NCBI GenBank assembly: GCA_038143065.1
Contig: JAYQLI010000035.1
Coordinates: 1,888,894 to 1,952,893 of the forward strand
Length of the DNA: 64,000 nucleotides
DNA from: Rhodospirillales bacterium
GTDB taxonomy: Bacteria; Pseudomonadota; Alphaproteobacteria; Bin95
Direction: 5' to 3'
Below are positions 37,462 to 47,923 of this stretch, in pieces (within the stretch, counting starts at the first letter, position 1; each line of letters opens with the position of its first letter). A program made the position numbers and the translations under genes. Under the pieces are notes generated by a model. The model made no database searches. It had not been told where the DNA came from and was given only the letters and a program-made list of their open reading frames with translations.

Positions 37462-40396
37462 GAATTCTTGTTCCCTCTTTATCAATGAAGACGGGATCTA
37501 CCACTTTTACTTCAACGCTTTCACCCATCACAGGTGAGACGATGAAGACTTTCTCCCCAACCATACTGTTACCATTTTTTATTAAGGCCAATGCTATTGT
37601 GCGCTCTAACTCCGACGAATATGCCCAAGAAGTCACATGGCCTATCGAAGGCCCAGATGCAGAGCCTGTATCTCTAGCAGTGATTTGACCGCCTATTGGT
37701 ACGTTGGCTTTTTGATCGTCAACAACAAGACCTACGAGCTGTTTTCTACCTGCTTCCGAGAACAACGGGAGGCTTAGAGACCTTATTCCGATTGCATCTT
37801 TTTTCTTATCAACCAAGCCTCCAAGTCCAACATCATCCGGGATAGTGCGACCGTCGGCTTCAGCATGGGTGATATGTCCTTTTTCAATCCTCAAGGCTCC
37901 CATTGCTTCGGTTCCGTAAGCAATCATTCCTAATTTGGACGAAAGCTCACATAGCGTCTGCCAGAGAGCAGCGCCCCAATCAGCACTTATATTAATTTCG
38001 TAAGATAGTTCTCCTGAATAGCTTATCCGCATGACGCGCAATCTTCGATTAAACAGAGTTGTTTCCACCATACCCATTAGTGGAAGTGCAGCGTTAGTGA
38101 CATCAAGGTCTGGCAAAAGATTGGCAAGCAAATCACGTGCGAGAGGCCCTGAAACAGCAACGGCGAACCATTCTTCTGTTACAGGCGTTACATATACTTC
38201 TAGATCAGGCCACAGAACCTGAAGCGCATGTTCAATATGTTGAAACACAGCACTTGCACCACCCGTAGTGCAGCTAAGATGAAAGCGGTTTTCACCAATT
38301 CTAAAAACCACTCCATCATCGAAAATACGACCATCTTCACGAAGCATTAGACCATATCGTCCGCGCCCCAGCCGCAGGCTCGACATCCGGTTTGTATAAA
38401 GCTTATCTAAAAATATTCCTGCGTCTGGGCCCTGGACGTCAATTTTTCCGAGCGTTGAAACATCTATTATGCCTCCCGATGCACGAACTGACGCTGCCTC
38501 GGTTCGATATGCTTCACCAACAGTTGCTCCATTAGCCTGATAAAATCTTGGTCGTCTCCAGAGTCCTGCATCTATGAATGATGCGCCTTGGGCTTCATGA
38601 TATTGGTCAGCTGCGGTCCTCCGAATGGCGTGCCCCACTTCTCCCATTGTTGCACCAGCTACAGCTCCAAAAGTAACAGGCGTCGTTGGGGGCCGAAATG
38701 TAGTAACTCCTGTATTTGCAATTTCTTGCCCAGTAGCCGCCGCGAGCAAAGCAAGACCAATGGGACCAGCGGCTCTGCCTTGATCTGTTCCCATACCCAG
38801 CGTGGTATACCGTTTTACATGCTCTATCGAGCGATATCCCTCTCGAGCAGCAAGCTCAATATCTTTGTCCGCAACATCGTTCTGAAAATCAATAAATCGT
38901 GTGCCTTTTGTGAGCTTTGGCAACTCCCACGGTGCGGGCGCATTATTGGAGACACTTAGGCCAGAGGCCGGCAGTATCACATTTCGCCCTGCGCTAAATC
39001 CTTCAGCAATCGCTGTATCAAAATCAAATGTACCGCGGGCACCACCGATCGACACATGGCCGTCTGGACTATCGGCTGGAACAAAGGCATTCTATCCTGC
39101 ATTCCAATTTAGTTTCCCGCGTGCTTGCGCATGAAGCTGTAAAGCCGGACCATATCCGCCGGTTGTTAAAATAGCGTCAGTTGATATTAGATCGAGCTTA
39201 TTGGCGCCGGACTTTGAGCAGCGCCATATCTCGGCAGCGTTAACCCTTCGGCGGCCATGGGCTCGCGCCACCATAGCTCCTCGCTCTACTCTAACTCCAT
39301 CTGCTGCTAGTAGATCAGCCATTGCACCAGGCTCTTCACGTGTGTCTATGACAGCTCGAACATTTGCCCCGGCCTCTAAAAAATCCCTTGCGATTGCATA
39401 TATGCGATCATCGGCGCCAGTAATTACCGGGGCCTTTCCAGCCATTACCCCGTAACGCCAAATATACCCTCTAGCAGCACCAGCCAGCATCACTCCTGGA
39501 CGGTCATTATCACCAAACAAAAGAGGTCGTTCGACTCCACCTGCGGCGATAATAAATCGCTCAGATCTAACTTGCCAAAACCGCTCTTCGGGTTGACCAT
39601 CTATTCTTCCATCCCGCATGGCAAGGCGCTCTGAAAGCGTGAATAAACTGTGCTCGTAGACACCCACAACAGTGGTCATCTTCATAATCTGAACATTTGG
39701 GAGCGCTTCGAGCTTCTCAATTATTTCAGTTAACCATTTGTCTGTGGCAGCGTTTTGATGATTTAAAAGTCCACCGCCGAGTGCTTGACCACATGATGCT
39801 AAAATGACGTCTTGCCCAGCCTCTCCTGCTGCAAGAGCAGCCGATAAGCCAGCAGGGCCAGCGCCAGCTATCAGAACATCTGTATGTACATTTCGGTGAG
39901 CATATCTCGCCGAGTCTGCCTCTACTGGCGGTGGTCCCAGGCCAGCCATTTTTCGAATTTGGCCTTCATACCGAAGCCATTGTGAAGGGGGCCACATAAA
40001 AGTTTTATAATAAAACCCAGCTGGCAGAAGAGATCGTGCACGATCAAGCAACCCAAAGAGATCATTTTGAACATTTGGCCAGGCATTTTGCCCAGAAACA
40101 CTCATTCCCTCTTCCACTAGAGTTACAGTGGCACGCTGATTTGGGGTCAGTGAAGGACCAAAGCCTGTGGTTACAAGAGCGTTTGGCTCGTCTGTACCTA
40201 GAGCATAAACACCTCTTGGACGATGAAGTTTAAAACTTCGCCCTATTATGGATCGGCCTGAAGCGAGAAGAGCAGAGGCGATGCTATCGCCCGGGTGAAA
40301 GAGAACAGTCTTCTTATCAAACTGAAATTCACACGTCTTACTTCGATCTATCAAACGACCGCCTTGGGAAGTTCGATTTGGTTGTGAAGCCTTCAT
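37454..40396 (-). CDS. soxA: Sarcosine oxidase-family alpha subunit with an in-frame TAG at 39092-39094
   Basis: GRSFKLHRPRG, AGFYYKTFMWP, GAGPAG, NDRPGVM; continues in the same frame to DFQNDV, EHVKRYTTLGMGTDQG, DVSTLGKI and a GcvT-like C-terminus. Confidence 0.92.
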
Positions 40397-40659
40397 TGCT
40401 GATCCTCACGAGCAGCTCTTACAGATCCAATAGCGTGAGTAACTGTGTCTCTTTCTATGATTAACCAAAGATGACACCCGGCGCTGTGCAACCATAGCTC
40501 CTGATGCTGGCCTTTGGGGTTTTCTCGTTCATAGATATAGGCCGCCCATTGCTGATCCGAGGAATTCGCTGGATCAGGACGCTTCACACGCGCATCGCCA
40601 CCATAAACAAATTCTGTCTCAGGCCGCGGGCCACAATGGGGACAAGGGATCAACAGCAT
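40393..40659 (-). CDS. soxD: Sarcosine oxidase-family delta subunit
   Basis: IPCPHCGPR..TEF.YGG, R.NPKG...E.W.H..GC, RDTVTH. Confidence 0.95.
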   Translation of the reverse strand: MLLIPCPHCGPRPETEFVYGGDARVKRPDPANSSDQQWAAYIYERENPKGQHQELWLHSAGCHLWLIIERDTVTHAIGSVRAAREDQQ

Positions 40660-40661
40660 GA

Positions 40662-41933
40662 CTAATGCGCCTTTGGAAATGGGCCTGCGCCCTTTTCATC
40701 AATAACGGCTGAACGACCGAAACGCTCGAGAGTGAATGAAGCATTTAAAGAGTGGGGTTCACCGGTAGCGATTGTATGAGCAAAACACCATCCAGACCCA
40801 GGTATGGCTTTAAAGCCCCCGTAGCACCATCCACCATCAAAAAAGAGACCCGGTATAGGAGTTTTTCCAATAATTGGGCTGCCATCCATTGTCATATCCA
40901 TGACCCCCGCCCATTGCCTCATCCACTTAAGGCGACTGATGTTAGGGAACATTTCCGTTGCTGCTGAGGTCACTTCTTGAATGTTTGGTATCGTTCCGCG
41001 TTGCCCATAAGAATTATATCCATCTAGCCCGCCCCCAAGCAGAACTTCACCTTTGTCAGTTTGTGAAATGTAAAAGTGAAGGGCTCCGGTTGAAACAACG
41101 ACATCAAGAAATGGCTTAACCGGCTCTGAGACAAACGCCTGCAACAAATGACTTTCGATCGGCAACCTCACATCAGCCATCGCCATAACTTGTCCAGAGT
41201 GTCCAGCAACCGCAACGCCAACCTTTGAAGCAGAAATAGGTCCCCTATTCGTTTCCACGCCAGTAATACGGCCATCAACAGCCCGCTTAAATCCAGTGAC
41301 TTCACAATTCTGGATAATATCGACGCCCAAGGCATCGGCTCCACGCGCAAACCCCCAAGCAACCGCGTCATGCCGGGCAACACCTCCCCGTGGTTGGGAC
41401 AGCGCCGCTAAAATCGGCCATCTCAAAGAACCGTCTTGCCCAAGATTGATTGAAGGCACACGTCGTTTTAATTCATCGGCTGTTAAAAACTCTGCATCGA
41501 TCCCGTTCAAACGCATAGCGTTGTAGCGACGCATAGTGGACTCAAGTTCAGCTGGGGTATGACAGGTATTAATCACACTTCGCTGGCTGAACATCACATT
41601 AAAATTTAAGTCGCTAGAGAGTCCTTCCCAGAGCTTCAAAGAATGCTCATAGAAATTTGCATTTTCTTCCAACAGGTAATTGGAACGAACTATTGTCGTG
41701 TTTCGACCGGTATTTCCTCCTCCAATCCAGCCGCGCTCTAGTAACGCTACTTTGTTGATCCCATGCAACTTGGCCAAGTAGTAAGCAGTGGCAAGTCCAT
41801 GCCCACCCCCGCCTACAACAATGACATCATATTTGTCCTTTGGTTCAGGATGCCTGATCGCAGGCTGCCAATTTTTGTGGCCCGTTAATGCATGCTTTGC
41901 TAGAGCCAGAAATGAGTAGCGTTCGTTTACCAA
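40662..41933 (-). CDS. soxB: Sarcosine oxidase-family beta subunit
   Basis: GGGGHGLATAYYLA, GGGNTGRNTTIVRSNY, ARHDAVAWG, GWCYGGFKA.PGSG. Confidence 0.96.
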   Translation of the reverse strand: MVNERYSFLALAKHALTGHKNWQPAIRHPEPKDKYDVIVVGGGGHGLATAYYLAKLHGINKVALLERGWIGGGNTGRNTTIVRSNYLLEENANFYEHSLKLWEGLSSDLNFNVMFSQRSVINTCHTPAELESTMRRYNAMRLNGIDAEFLTADELKRRVPSINLGQDGSLRWPILAALSQPRGGVARHDAVAWGFARGADALGVDIIQNCEVTGFKRAVDGRITGVETNRGPISASKVGVAVAGHSGQVMAMADVRLPIESHLLQAFVSEPVKPFLDVVVSTGALHFYISQTDKGEVLLGGGLDGYNSYGQRGTIPNIQEVTSAATEMFPNISRLKWMRQWAGVMDMTMDGSPIIGKTPIPGLFFDGGWCYGGFKAIPGSGWCFAHTIATGEPHSLNASFTLERFGRSAVIDEKGAGPFPKAH

Positions 41934-41935
41934 AA

Positions 41936-43086
41936 TTAAGCCTGCTTAACCGCACCAGAGCCTTCTAGGTGGGCGATTTCTTCATTCGAAAAACCCCAAG
42001 CTTTAAGAGTATCACGAGTGTGTTGTCCCGCTGAAGATGCACCCATCGTAACTTTTGTTGGCGTCTCCGAGAAGCGAGGAGCCGGCGCTGGTTGCTTATA
42101 TCCATCTATTTCAACAAAGGTTTCGCGAGCAACATTGTGATGATGTTCCATTGCCTCGGACATTGTCAGGACAGAACCAAAACAGACATCCGAGTCTTCC
42201 ATGAGCTCAACCCACTCTTCCCTAGTTTTGGTTTTGAACACTTCTGCGAGTTTTGCGCGATTATCTGGCCAATGATCACGGTCGCCTTGAGGGTAAAGGT
42301 CACTGTCTGATAAGCCCGTCTTTTCTTGTAGCAGTGCGTAGAATTGAGGTTCAATTGACCCAATCGAAATGTGTCGCCCATCCTTGGTTTCAAACACTCC
42401 ATAATAATGCGCACCACCATCAAGACGGTTATAACCACGCTTATCTTCTTTCCATGTTCCTGCTGCGAGGGCGCCAAACATTGCAGCCAAAAGAGAGGCT
42501 GACCCCTCCACCATAGATGTATCGACCACTTGGCCTTTACCTGTCTTTTGGGCCGAAATGTAAGCGGCAAGAACACCCATCGCGAGGTACAAAGACCCCC
42601 TCCAAAGTCACCAACAAGATTTAGAGGGGGAGTGGGCGCGCCATCGACGGGACCAATACAAGACAACGCTCCAGATAAGGAAATGTAATTGATGTCATGT
42701 CCAGCGGTGTGAGCGATGGGACCCGTTTGCCCCCAACCCGTCATTCTACCAACAATCAACTTGGGGTTGCGGCCGTGCAGCACTTCAGGTCCAAGACCTA
42801 GACGTTCCAAGACGCCAGGGCGAAAGCCTTCAATTAGTATATCAGCACCTTCACACAGCTTTAAAACTGTCTCGACACCTTCTGAGTTTTTTAAATCGAC
42901 GGCCAGATTGGGCCTGCCTCGTGTCAAATTATTGAATTTATCTGGTATTGCTCCGGTGCGGCCAACATTAGCTGACCGATCCACTCGAACAACGTCAGCA
43001 CCCATGTCCGCCAACAACATGCAACAATGGGGCCCAGGTCCAATCCCAGCTAATTCAACAATTTTTACACCTTCTAACGGCCCCAT
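41936..43086 (-). CDS. Family III (CaiB/BaiF) CoA transferase, alpha-methylacyl-CoA racemase-like, split by a -1 indel at C5 42596-42600
   Basis: [60 protein letters not shown]. Confidence 0.92.
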
Positions 43087-43159
43087 AGCATGTTTGCTCC
43101 TTGGTGATAATTTAGCTTACGCAATAGAGTATATCTCACAGTCTATATTGGAAATGTTT

Positions 43160-44338
43160 ATGAACAACGGTCCACAGCCTTTTTCTAATATTCGCTTGAT
43201 TGATTTCTCCCGAGTAGTCTCAGGGCCTTATGCCACAAGTCAACTCGCCATGCTGGGCGCAGACGTAATCAAAATAGAAAGTCCTGAGGGCGATGAAGCG
43301 CGACGAATGGCGCCAACGTCAGAACTCAGTGAAGGAAGCATGTCTCCAGCCTACAGAGCAATGGGGATAAACAAGCGGTCCGTCGCTTTAGATCTAAAAA
43401 ACCCAGACGCCAGAGCAGCTGCAGAACGCCTAATATTATCTGCCGATGTTGTAATTGAGAACTTCCGACCCGGCGTCATGAAAAGATTAGGGTTAGGCTA
43501 TGAGCTGATGGCAAAGAAAAAGCCTGAACTTATCTGGTGTTCAATTTCTGGTTTTGGCCAAACAGGACCTCGTGCCGACTCTCCCGCATATGATGTGAGG
43601 CTACAAGCAATGTCAGGGTTAATGTCGATAACTGGCTTTCCAGACCAAGGCCCCAGCAGAGCTGGGTATGCCGTGGTCGATGCTTCTACTGGAATGGCTG
43701 CCGCTTTCGCAGTGGCATCCGCTTTATTTCAGCGGGAAAAAACTGGGCGAGGGCAGCAGATCGATGTTCCAATGCTTGATACAGCATTGTCTCACATGGC
43801 ACCGACAGTCGCAGAATGGACCATAGGCGGACATGTGCCAAAGCTTGCAGGCAACCAGGGAACATCTGGGCGGCCAACCGCCAACGCCTTTCCATGCAGA
43901 GATGGCACTATCTTGTTGGCCTGTAACACGGAAAGGCAATTCAAAGGCCTATCTAACGTGATTGGAATGCCAAACCTCACAGAAGACCCTCGTTTTCAGG
44001 ACTGGCCCAGCAGAAAGGCAAATGAAAACTCACTGAGAGAAATCATAGAAAAAAGATTTGCTGAATATAGCGCTGTTACTTTGGAGGACCTTCTAGAAAA
44101 AGCTGGTGTTCCAGCATCTCGTGTCCGTGATATTCCATCTGCTATTGCGGACTCTCAAATTACCCATCGCGGTCTGATGGCTAATGTGGAAGGGGGCTCT
44201 GTCGTCGGAGCTCCTTTTTCTTTTGCATGGGGTGGACCATCGATTAAGACATCCGCACCGAAAATCGGCCAAGATACAGAGTCAGTTTTGAAAGAAGTGG
44301 GTCTCTCCGAGTTGGAAATCAAATCCGCCATGTCCTGA
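43160..44338 (+). CDS. Family III (CaiB/BaiF) CoA transferase
   Basis: DFSRVVSGP, LGADVIKIE, NKRS..LDLK, ENFRPGVM.RLGLGY, catalytic Asp region VVD...G. The N-terminal extension in the track is antisense shadow. Confidence 0.92.
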   Translation: MNNGPQPFSNIRLIDFSRVVSGPYATSQLAMLGADVIKIESPEGDEARRMAPTSELSEGSMSPAYRAMGINKRSVALDLKNPDARAAAERLILSADVVIENFRPGVMKRLGLGYELMAKKKPELIWCSISGFGQTGPRADSPAYDVRLQAMSGLMSITGFPDQGPSRAGYAVVDASTGMAAAFAVASALFQREKTGRGQQIDVPMLDTALSHMAPTVAEWTIGGHVPKLAGNQGTSGRPTANAFPCRDGTILLACNTERQFKGLSNVIGMPNLTEDPRFQDWPSRKANENSLREIIEKRFAEYSAVTLEDLLEKAGVPASRVRDIPSAIADSQITHRGLMANVEGGSVVGAPFSFAWGGPSIKTSAPKIGQDTESVLKEVGLSELEIKSAMS

Positions 44339-45461
44339 TGCGGTCCGCCGCTTCAGCAATGTCCCTCTCAGAAGCACAAAAACTAAAACGAATGTATCGA
44401 TTGCCATTAGTTGGCTGAAAGTCGAGACCAGACGTAGCAGCGACGCCAATTTCTTCAAGCATGGATTTACATAGCGCCATGGAGTCATTGGACAGCGGCG
44501 AAGCATCAACATAAATATAAAATGCGCCATCTGGAGGAGCGGCAGGCAGCAAACCGCGGTCTGTAAGGGCGCTCAGCAGAACTTTTCGATTTTGAGCGTA
44601 TATAGACTTGTTGGCTTCCAACTCTTCCTTACAATCGAAGGCAGCTAGAGCTGCGACCTGAGAGATTGCAGGAGGCGAAATAAAGAGGTTCTGAGCTAAC
44701 TTATTTACAGGTTCGATCAGATCTTCGGGCAGGACCATCCACCCAATCCGCCAACCCGTCATCGCGTAATATTTTGAAAAACTATTTATAACTATAGCTG
44801 AAGGTGAAGTAGCTGCTGTCTCTGCAGATTGTTCATAGGTTAGACCATGATAGATTTCATCTGAAATAAGGCGGACCCCGTTTCCATGGCACCAGCTGGC
44901 TAGGCGGTTAAGTTCCCCAGGAGCGAACATTGCTCCAGTTGGGTTAGAGGGACTAGCAACAACGACACCATCAATTTCACCCAACGCCTTAAGGTGCTCC
45001 GGTGTGGGTTGGTATCGTGTCTCGGGACCTACTGGAATAGGAACAGTTTCTATATCCAAAGCTTTTAAAATATTGCGGTAACATGGATAGCTGGGATCAG
45101 CTAACGCGACGCGGTCACCTGCCTCGAAACAGGCCAAGAAAGCGAGGAGGAAGCCAGCAGACGATCCAGTGGTTACTGAAATTCGTTCCTGACCAACATC
45201 AACTGAATACGCGTCTAAATATTCCCGAGCTATTCGCTCCCGAAGAACCGGACGCCCAACAGCGTCAGTATAACCAAGAGTATCTTCTTCAAGAGCACGG
45301 GCTGCTGCCAATCTTGCACCCTTTGGTGCCCGAAAACCCGGTTGTCCAACTTCTAGGTGCAAAATTCCTCTTCCTTGGGCCTCCAGCTCAGTAGCTGCCC
45401 GCATGACTTCCATGACAAGAAATGGGGAAACGTTTCCACGTTTTGCATGCTTGAGTGCCAT
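44319..45461 (-). CDS. PLP-dependent aminotransferase class I/II (aspartate aminotransferase-like)
   Basis: LEVGQP, SPSNPTG, ISDEIYHG, NSFSKY..MTGWRIG. Confidence 0.95.
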   Translation of the reverse strand: MALKHAKRGNVSPFLVMEVMRAATELEAQGRGILHLEVGQPGFRAPKGARLAAARALEEDTLGYTDAVGRPVLRERIAREYLDAYSVDVGQERISVTTGSSAGFLLAFLACFEAGDRVALADPSYPCYRNILKALDIETVPIPVGPETRYQPTPEHLKALGEIDGVVVASPSNPTGAMFAPGELNRLASWCHGNGVRLISDEIYHGLTYEQSAETAATSPSAIVINSFSKYYAMTGWRIGWMVLPEDLIEPVNKLAQNLFISPPAISQVAALAAFDCKEELEANKSIYAQNRKVLLSALTDRGLLPAAPPDGAFYIYVDASPLSNDSMALCKSMLEEIGVAATSGLDFQPTNGNRYIRFSFCASERDIAEAADRIRTWRI

Positions 45462-45564
45462 AGGCTTAAACCCTTAATTCTCGAAGAAGGCTAACAGCTA
45501 TCGTTGACGACTTAGAACCACCCGCATACGTTCACCAGTAAGGATGGGTCAAGGCTAGATCTTC

Positions 45565-46905
45565 ATGAAACTTTATAAGTATCTGGCAATAGTCGCATTA
45601 GCAGCCTGGGCTTCATTAGCCCCTAATTACTCCAGCGCTGGTCCCGCAGTTATACGGGACGCTGAAATTGAAGATATTATCAAGGGTTATATGACGCCAC
45701 TTTTGCAAGCGGCGGGAATAGCGCCCGGTTCAGTTCGGTTAATATTGATTAACCAAGAGGATCTGAACGCCTTCGTAGCTGGTGGCATGAATATTTTTGT
45801 TTACACAGGCCTTTTGAGACAAGCGGAGAGTGCCGACGAGGTAATTGGTGTCATTGCTCATGAGATAGGTCATATTGCCGGCGGCCACATCGCTCGACTT
45901 GGTTCGGCGTATGAAAATGCGTCAACACAAGCCATCGCCACTGCAATTTTAGGTGTGGCGGCAGCAGTTGCGTCAGGTCGTGCCGATGTCGGTGCTGCTG
46001 TTGCTGCTGGGGGCCAATCAAGCGCGATTCGGGGTGTACTTGCTCACACGCGTGCTCAAGAGTCGGCAGCTGATCAAGCAGCTTTTCGATACCTGGAGAC
46101 AACAGGGCAATCGGTCCAGGGCCTAATTGACATGCTTACCCGCCTTTCTGACCAAGAGCTTCTGTCTTCACGCCATCAAGATCCATATGTTCGCACACAT
46201 CCTTTGAGTCGAGATCGACTAGAGACAACCAAAGCTTTCCTAGCCCGAAGTCAGTACAAAGGTATAAAAACTGAATCAGATAAGCAGGAAAGGTTCAAAC
46301 GGATGCAGGCCAAGCTTGCTGGCTTTATTGATCCGCCAAGCACAACACTGTCTAAATATCAAACAGATGATCCCATCGATCGATATGCGCGGGCGATTGC
46401 TTACTACCGTCGCGGCGATCTCGAAAAAGCTATCCCTTTAATTGATGGGCTGATTACTAGTTCTCCAAACGATCCTTATCTCCATGAACTAAAAGGACAG
46501 ATCTTTATGGATAATGGCCGAAACATTGAGGCCGAAGCTTCCTATGACGCAGCCCTTACACTGAGGCCTGGGGATCCAGCAATAATGCTTCCTGCGGCGA
46601 ACGCAGTTCTTGAGGGCCGAGGCGATACAGCAAAAGCCATAAAAATTCTTCAGGATGTTGTCTTTCGTGAACCACGCAATTCTAGCGCCTGGCGTCAACT
46701 AGGTATCGGGTACGGAAAAAAGGGAGATATCGGACTGGCGGCAGCAGCTCTAGCAGAATCAGAGATGCTTAATGGGCAAAGAGATAATGCTGCATTGCAA
46801 GCAAAGCGGGCACAATTTCATCTTCCAAAGGGCTCTCCTGGATGGCTTCGCGCAGAAGATATTCTGAGAGCCGTAAGTAAAAATAGTGAGAAAGAGAATC
46901 AGTAA
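45565..46905 (+). CDS. M48 family metalloprotease with TPRs (BepA-like)
   Basis: IRDAEIE, LNAFV.GG, AHEIGH, QESAAD, THP, C-terminal TPRs. Confidence 0.93.
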   Translation: MKLYKYLAIVALAAWASLAPNYSSAGPAVIRDAEIEDIIKGYMTPLLQAAGIAPGSVRLILINQEDLNAFVAGGMNIFVYTGLLRQAESADEVIGVIAHEIGHIAGGHIARLGSAYENASTQAIATAILGVAAAVASGRADVGAAVAAGGQSSAIRGVLAHTRAQESAADQAAFRYLETTGQSVQGLIDMLTRLSDQELLSSRHQDPYVRTHPLSRDRLETTKAFLARSQYKGIKTESDKQERFKRMQAKLAGFIDPPSTTLSKYQTDDPIDRYARAIAYYRRGDLEKAIPLIDGLITSSPNDPYLHELKGQIFMDNGRNIEAEASYDAALTLRPGDPAIMLPAANAVLEGRGDTAKAIKILQDVVFREPRNSSAWRQLGIGYGKKGDIGLAAAALAESEMLNGQRDNAALQAKRAQFHLPKGSPGWLRAEDILRAVSKNSEKENQ

Positions 46906-46985
46906 TGTGAGCTTGATACTGACATACTGTCTTACTCTAAAAATAGGGCTGGCAAGATTACTTATTTGATAACTGGGAGGGATTG

Positions 46986-47863
46986 ATGTCCATGAAAATC
47001 CAACGTCTAGACGCTCCGTTTGGCTGCGAAGTGCTTGGCCTAGATATCAATAGTGGGGTTTCAAAAAATGACTACCTTCAGGTACGAGCAGCATTTGAAA
47101 CCTATTCAGTAGTCGTTATCAGAGGCGCCCCTCTCTCAGATGCGTCACAAATTGAATTCTCAGAAATGTTTGGGCCCTGTGAAAAAACATTAAAAGGTAA
47201 CCCGGCGGCCGGGTCCGTTTTTGCGCGACAATCCAATCTAGACATAAATACTGGAGATCAAATTCCGGCAGAAGATCGACGTATGTTTTACCAAAAAGCA
47301 AATATGCTTTGGCATGCGGACTCGGTATTCAAACCCAGAGCTTCTCTTTGCTCAATTCTATCGGCAAGAATTATTCCATCTGCAGGTGGAGCTACCGAAG
47401 TTGCTTCAACACGCCTAGCGTATGATGCTCTTGATGAAAATTTAAAAACTACGATCGATCCCCTAATAGCAGAATACTCTCTCGTTTGGTCACGTGGTCT
47501 TATTGGCTATGAGTTCAATGACGAGGAACGTTCCACCATGCATAAGGTTCGCCATCCTTTAGTTCGTGAGAACCCCGTAAACCAAAAAAATCAATGCTAA
47601 TCGGCGCCCATGCGATGAATATCGAAGGCTGGGAACAAGCCGATGGATTGAAATTGCTGAATGAACTCTTGAGCCACGCGACACAACAAAAATTTTGTTA
47701 TCGTCACGAGTGGCGAGAGGGAGATGTCCTCATCTGGGATAATCGAGCATGCGTTCACCGCGCAACACCCTATGATTCAAATGTGGAAAAACGCTTGATG
47801 CAACGAACCACCATTGGGGATTTGAGTGAAGAGGCATTCGATCCTAAAGCTGTTGTTGCCTGA
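46986..47863 (+). CDS. TauD/TfdA family Fe(II)/2-oxoglutarate dioxygenase, split by a -1 indel at A7 47584-47590
   Basis: WHADS (HxD), GG.TE.A, HPLVR.NP. Joins KSMLIGAHA...H.W..GD..IWDNR...HRA if A7 is read as A8. Confidence 0.92.
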
Positions 47864-47869
47864 GAATTT

Positions 47870-47918
47870 AAAAAACAAAAGTCATCAAGTGCAGTACAAA
47901 AATTGGCTTTGTTTTTTT
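47870..47918. terminator. Possible weak bidirectional terminator between convergent genes
   Basis: Imperfect AT-rich inverted repeat AAAAAACAAAAGTCA...TGGCTTTGTTTTTTT. Confidence 0.25.
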
Positions 47919-47923
47919 ACAAG

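Noticed and set aside
42716-43159. Long N-terminal extensions in the ORF track (42716 CoA transferase; also 2417, 2712, 59237, 27301)
   Set aside because: They are antisense shadows of neighbouring genes or upstream non-coding sequence. Family motifs start at the downstream starts I used.
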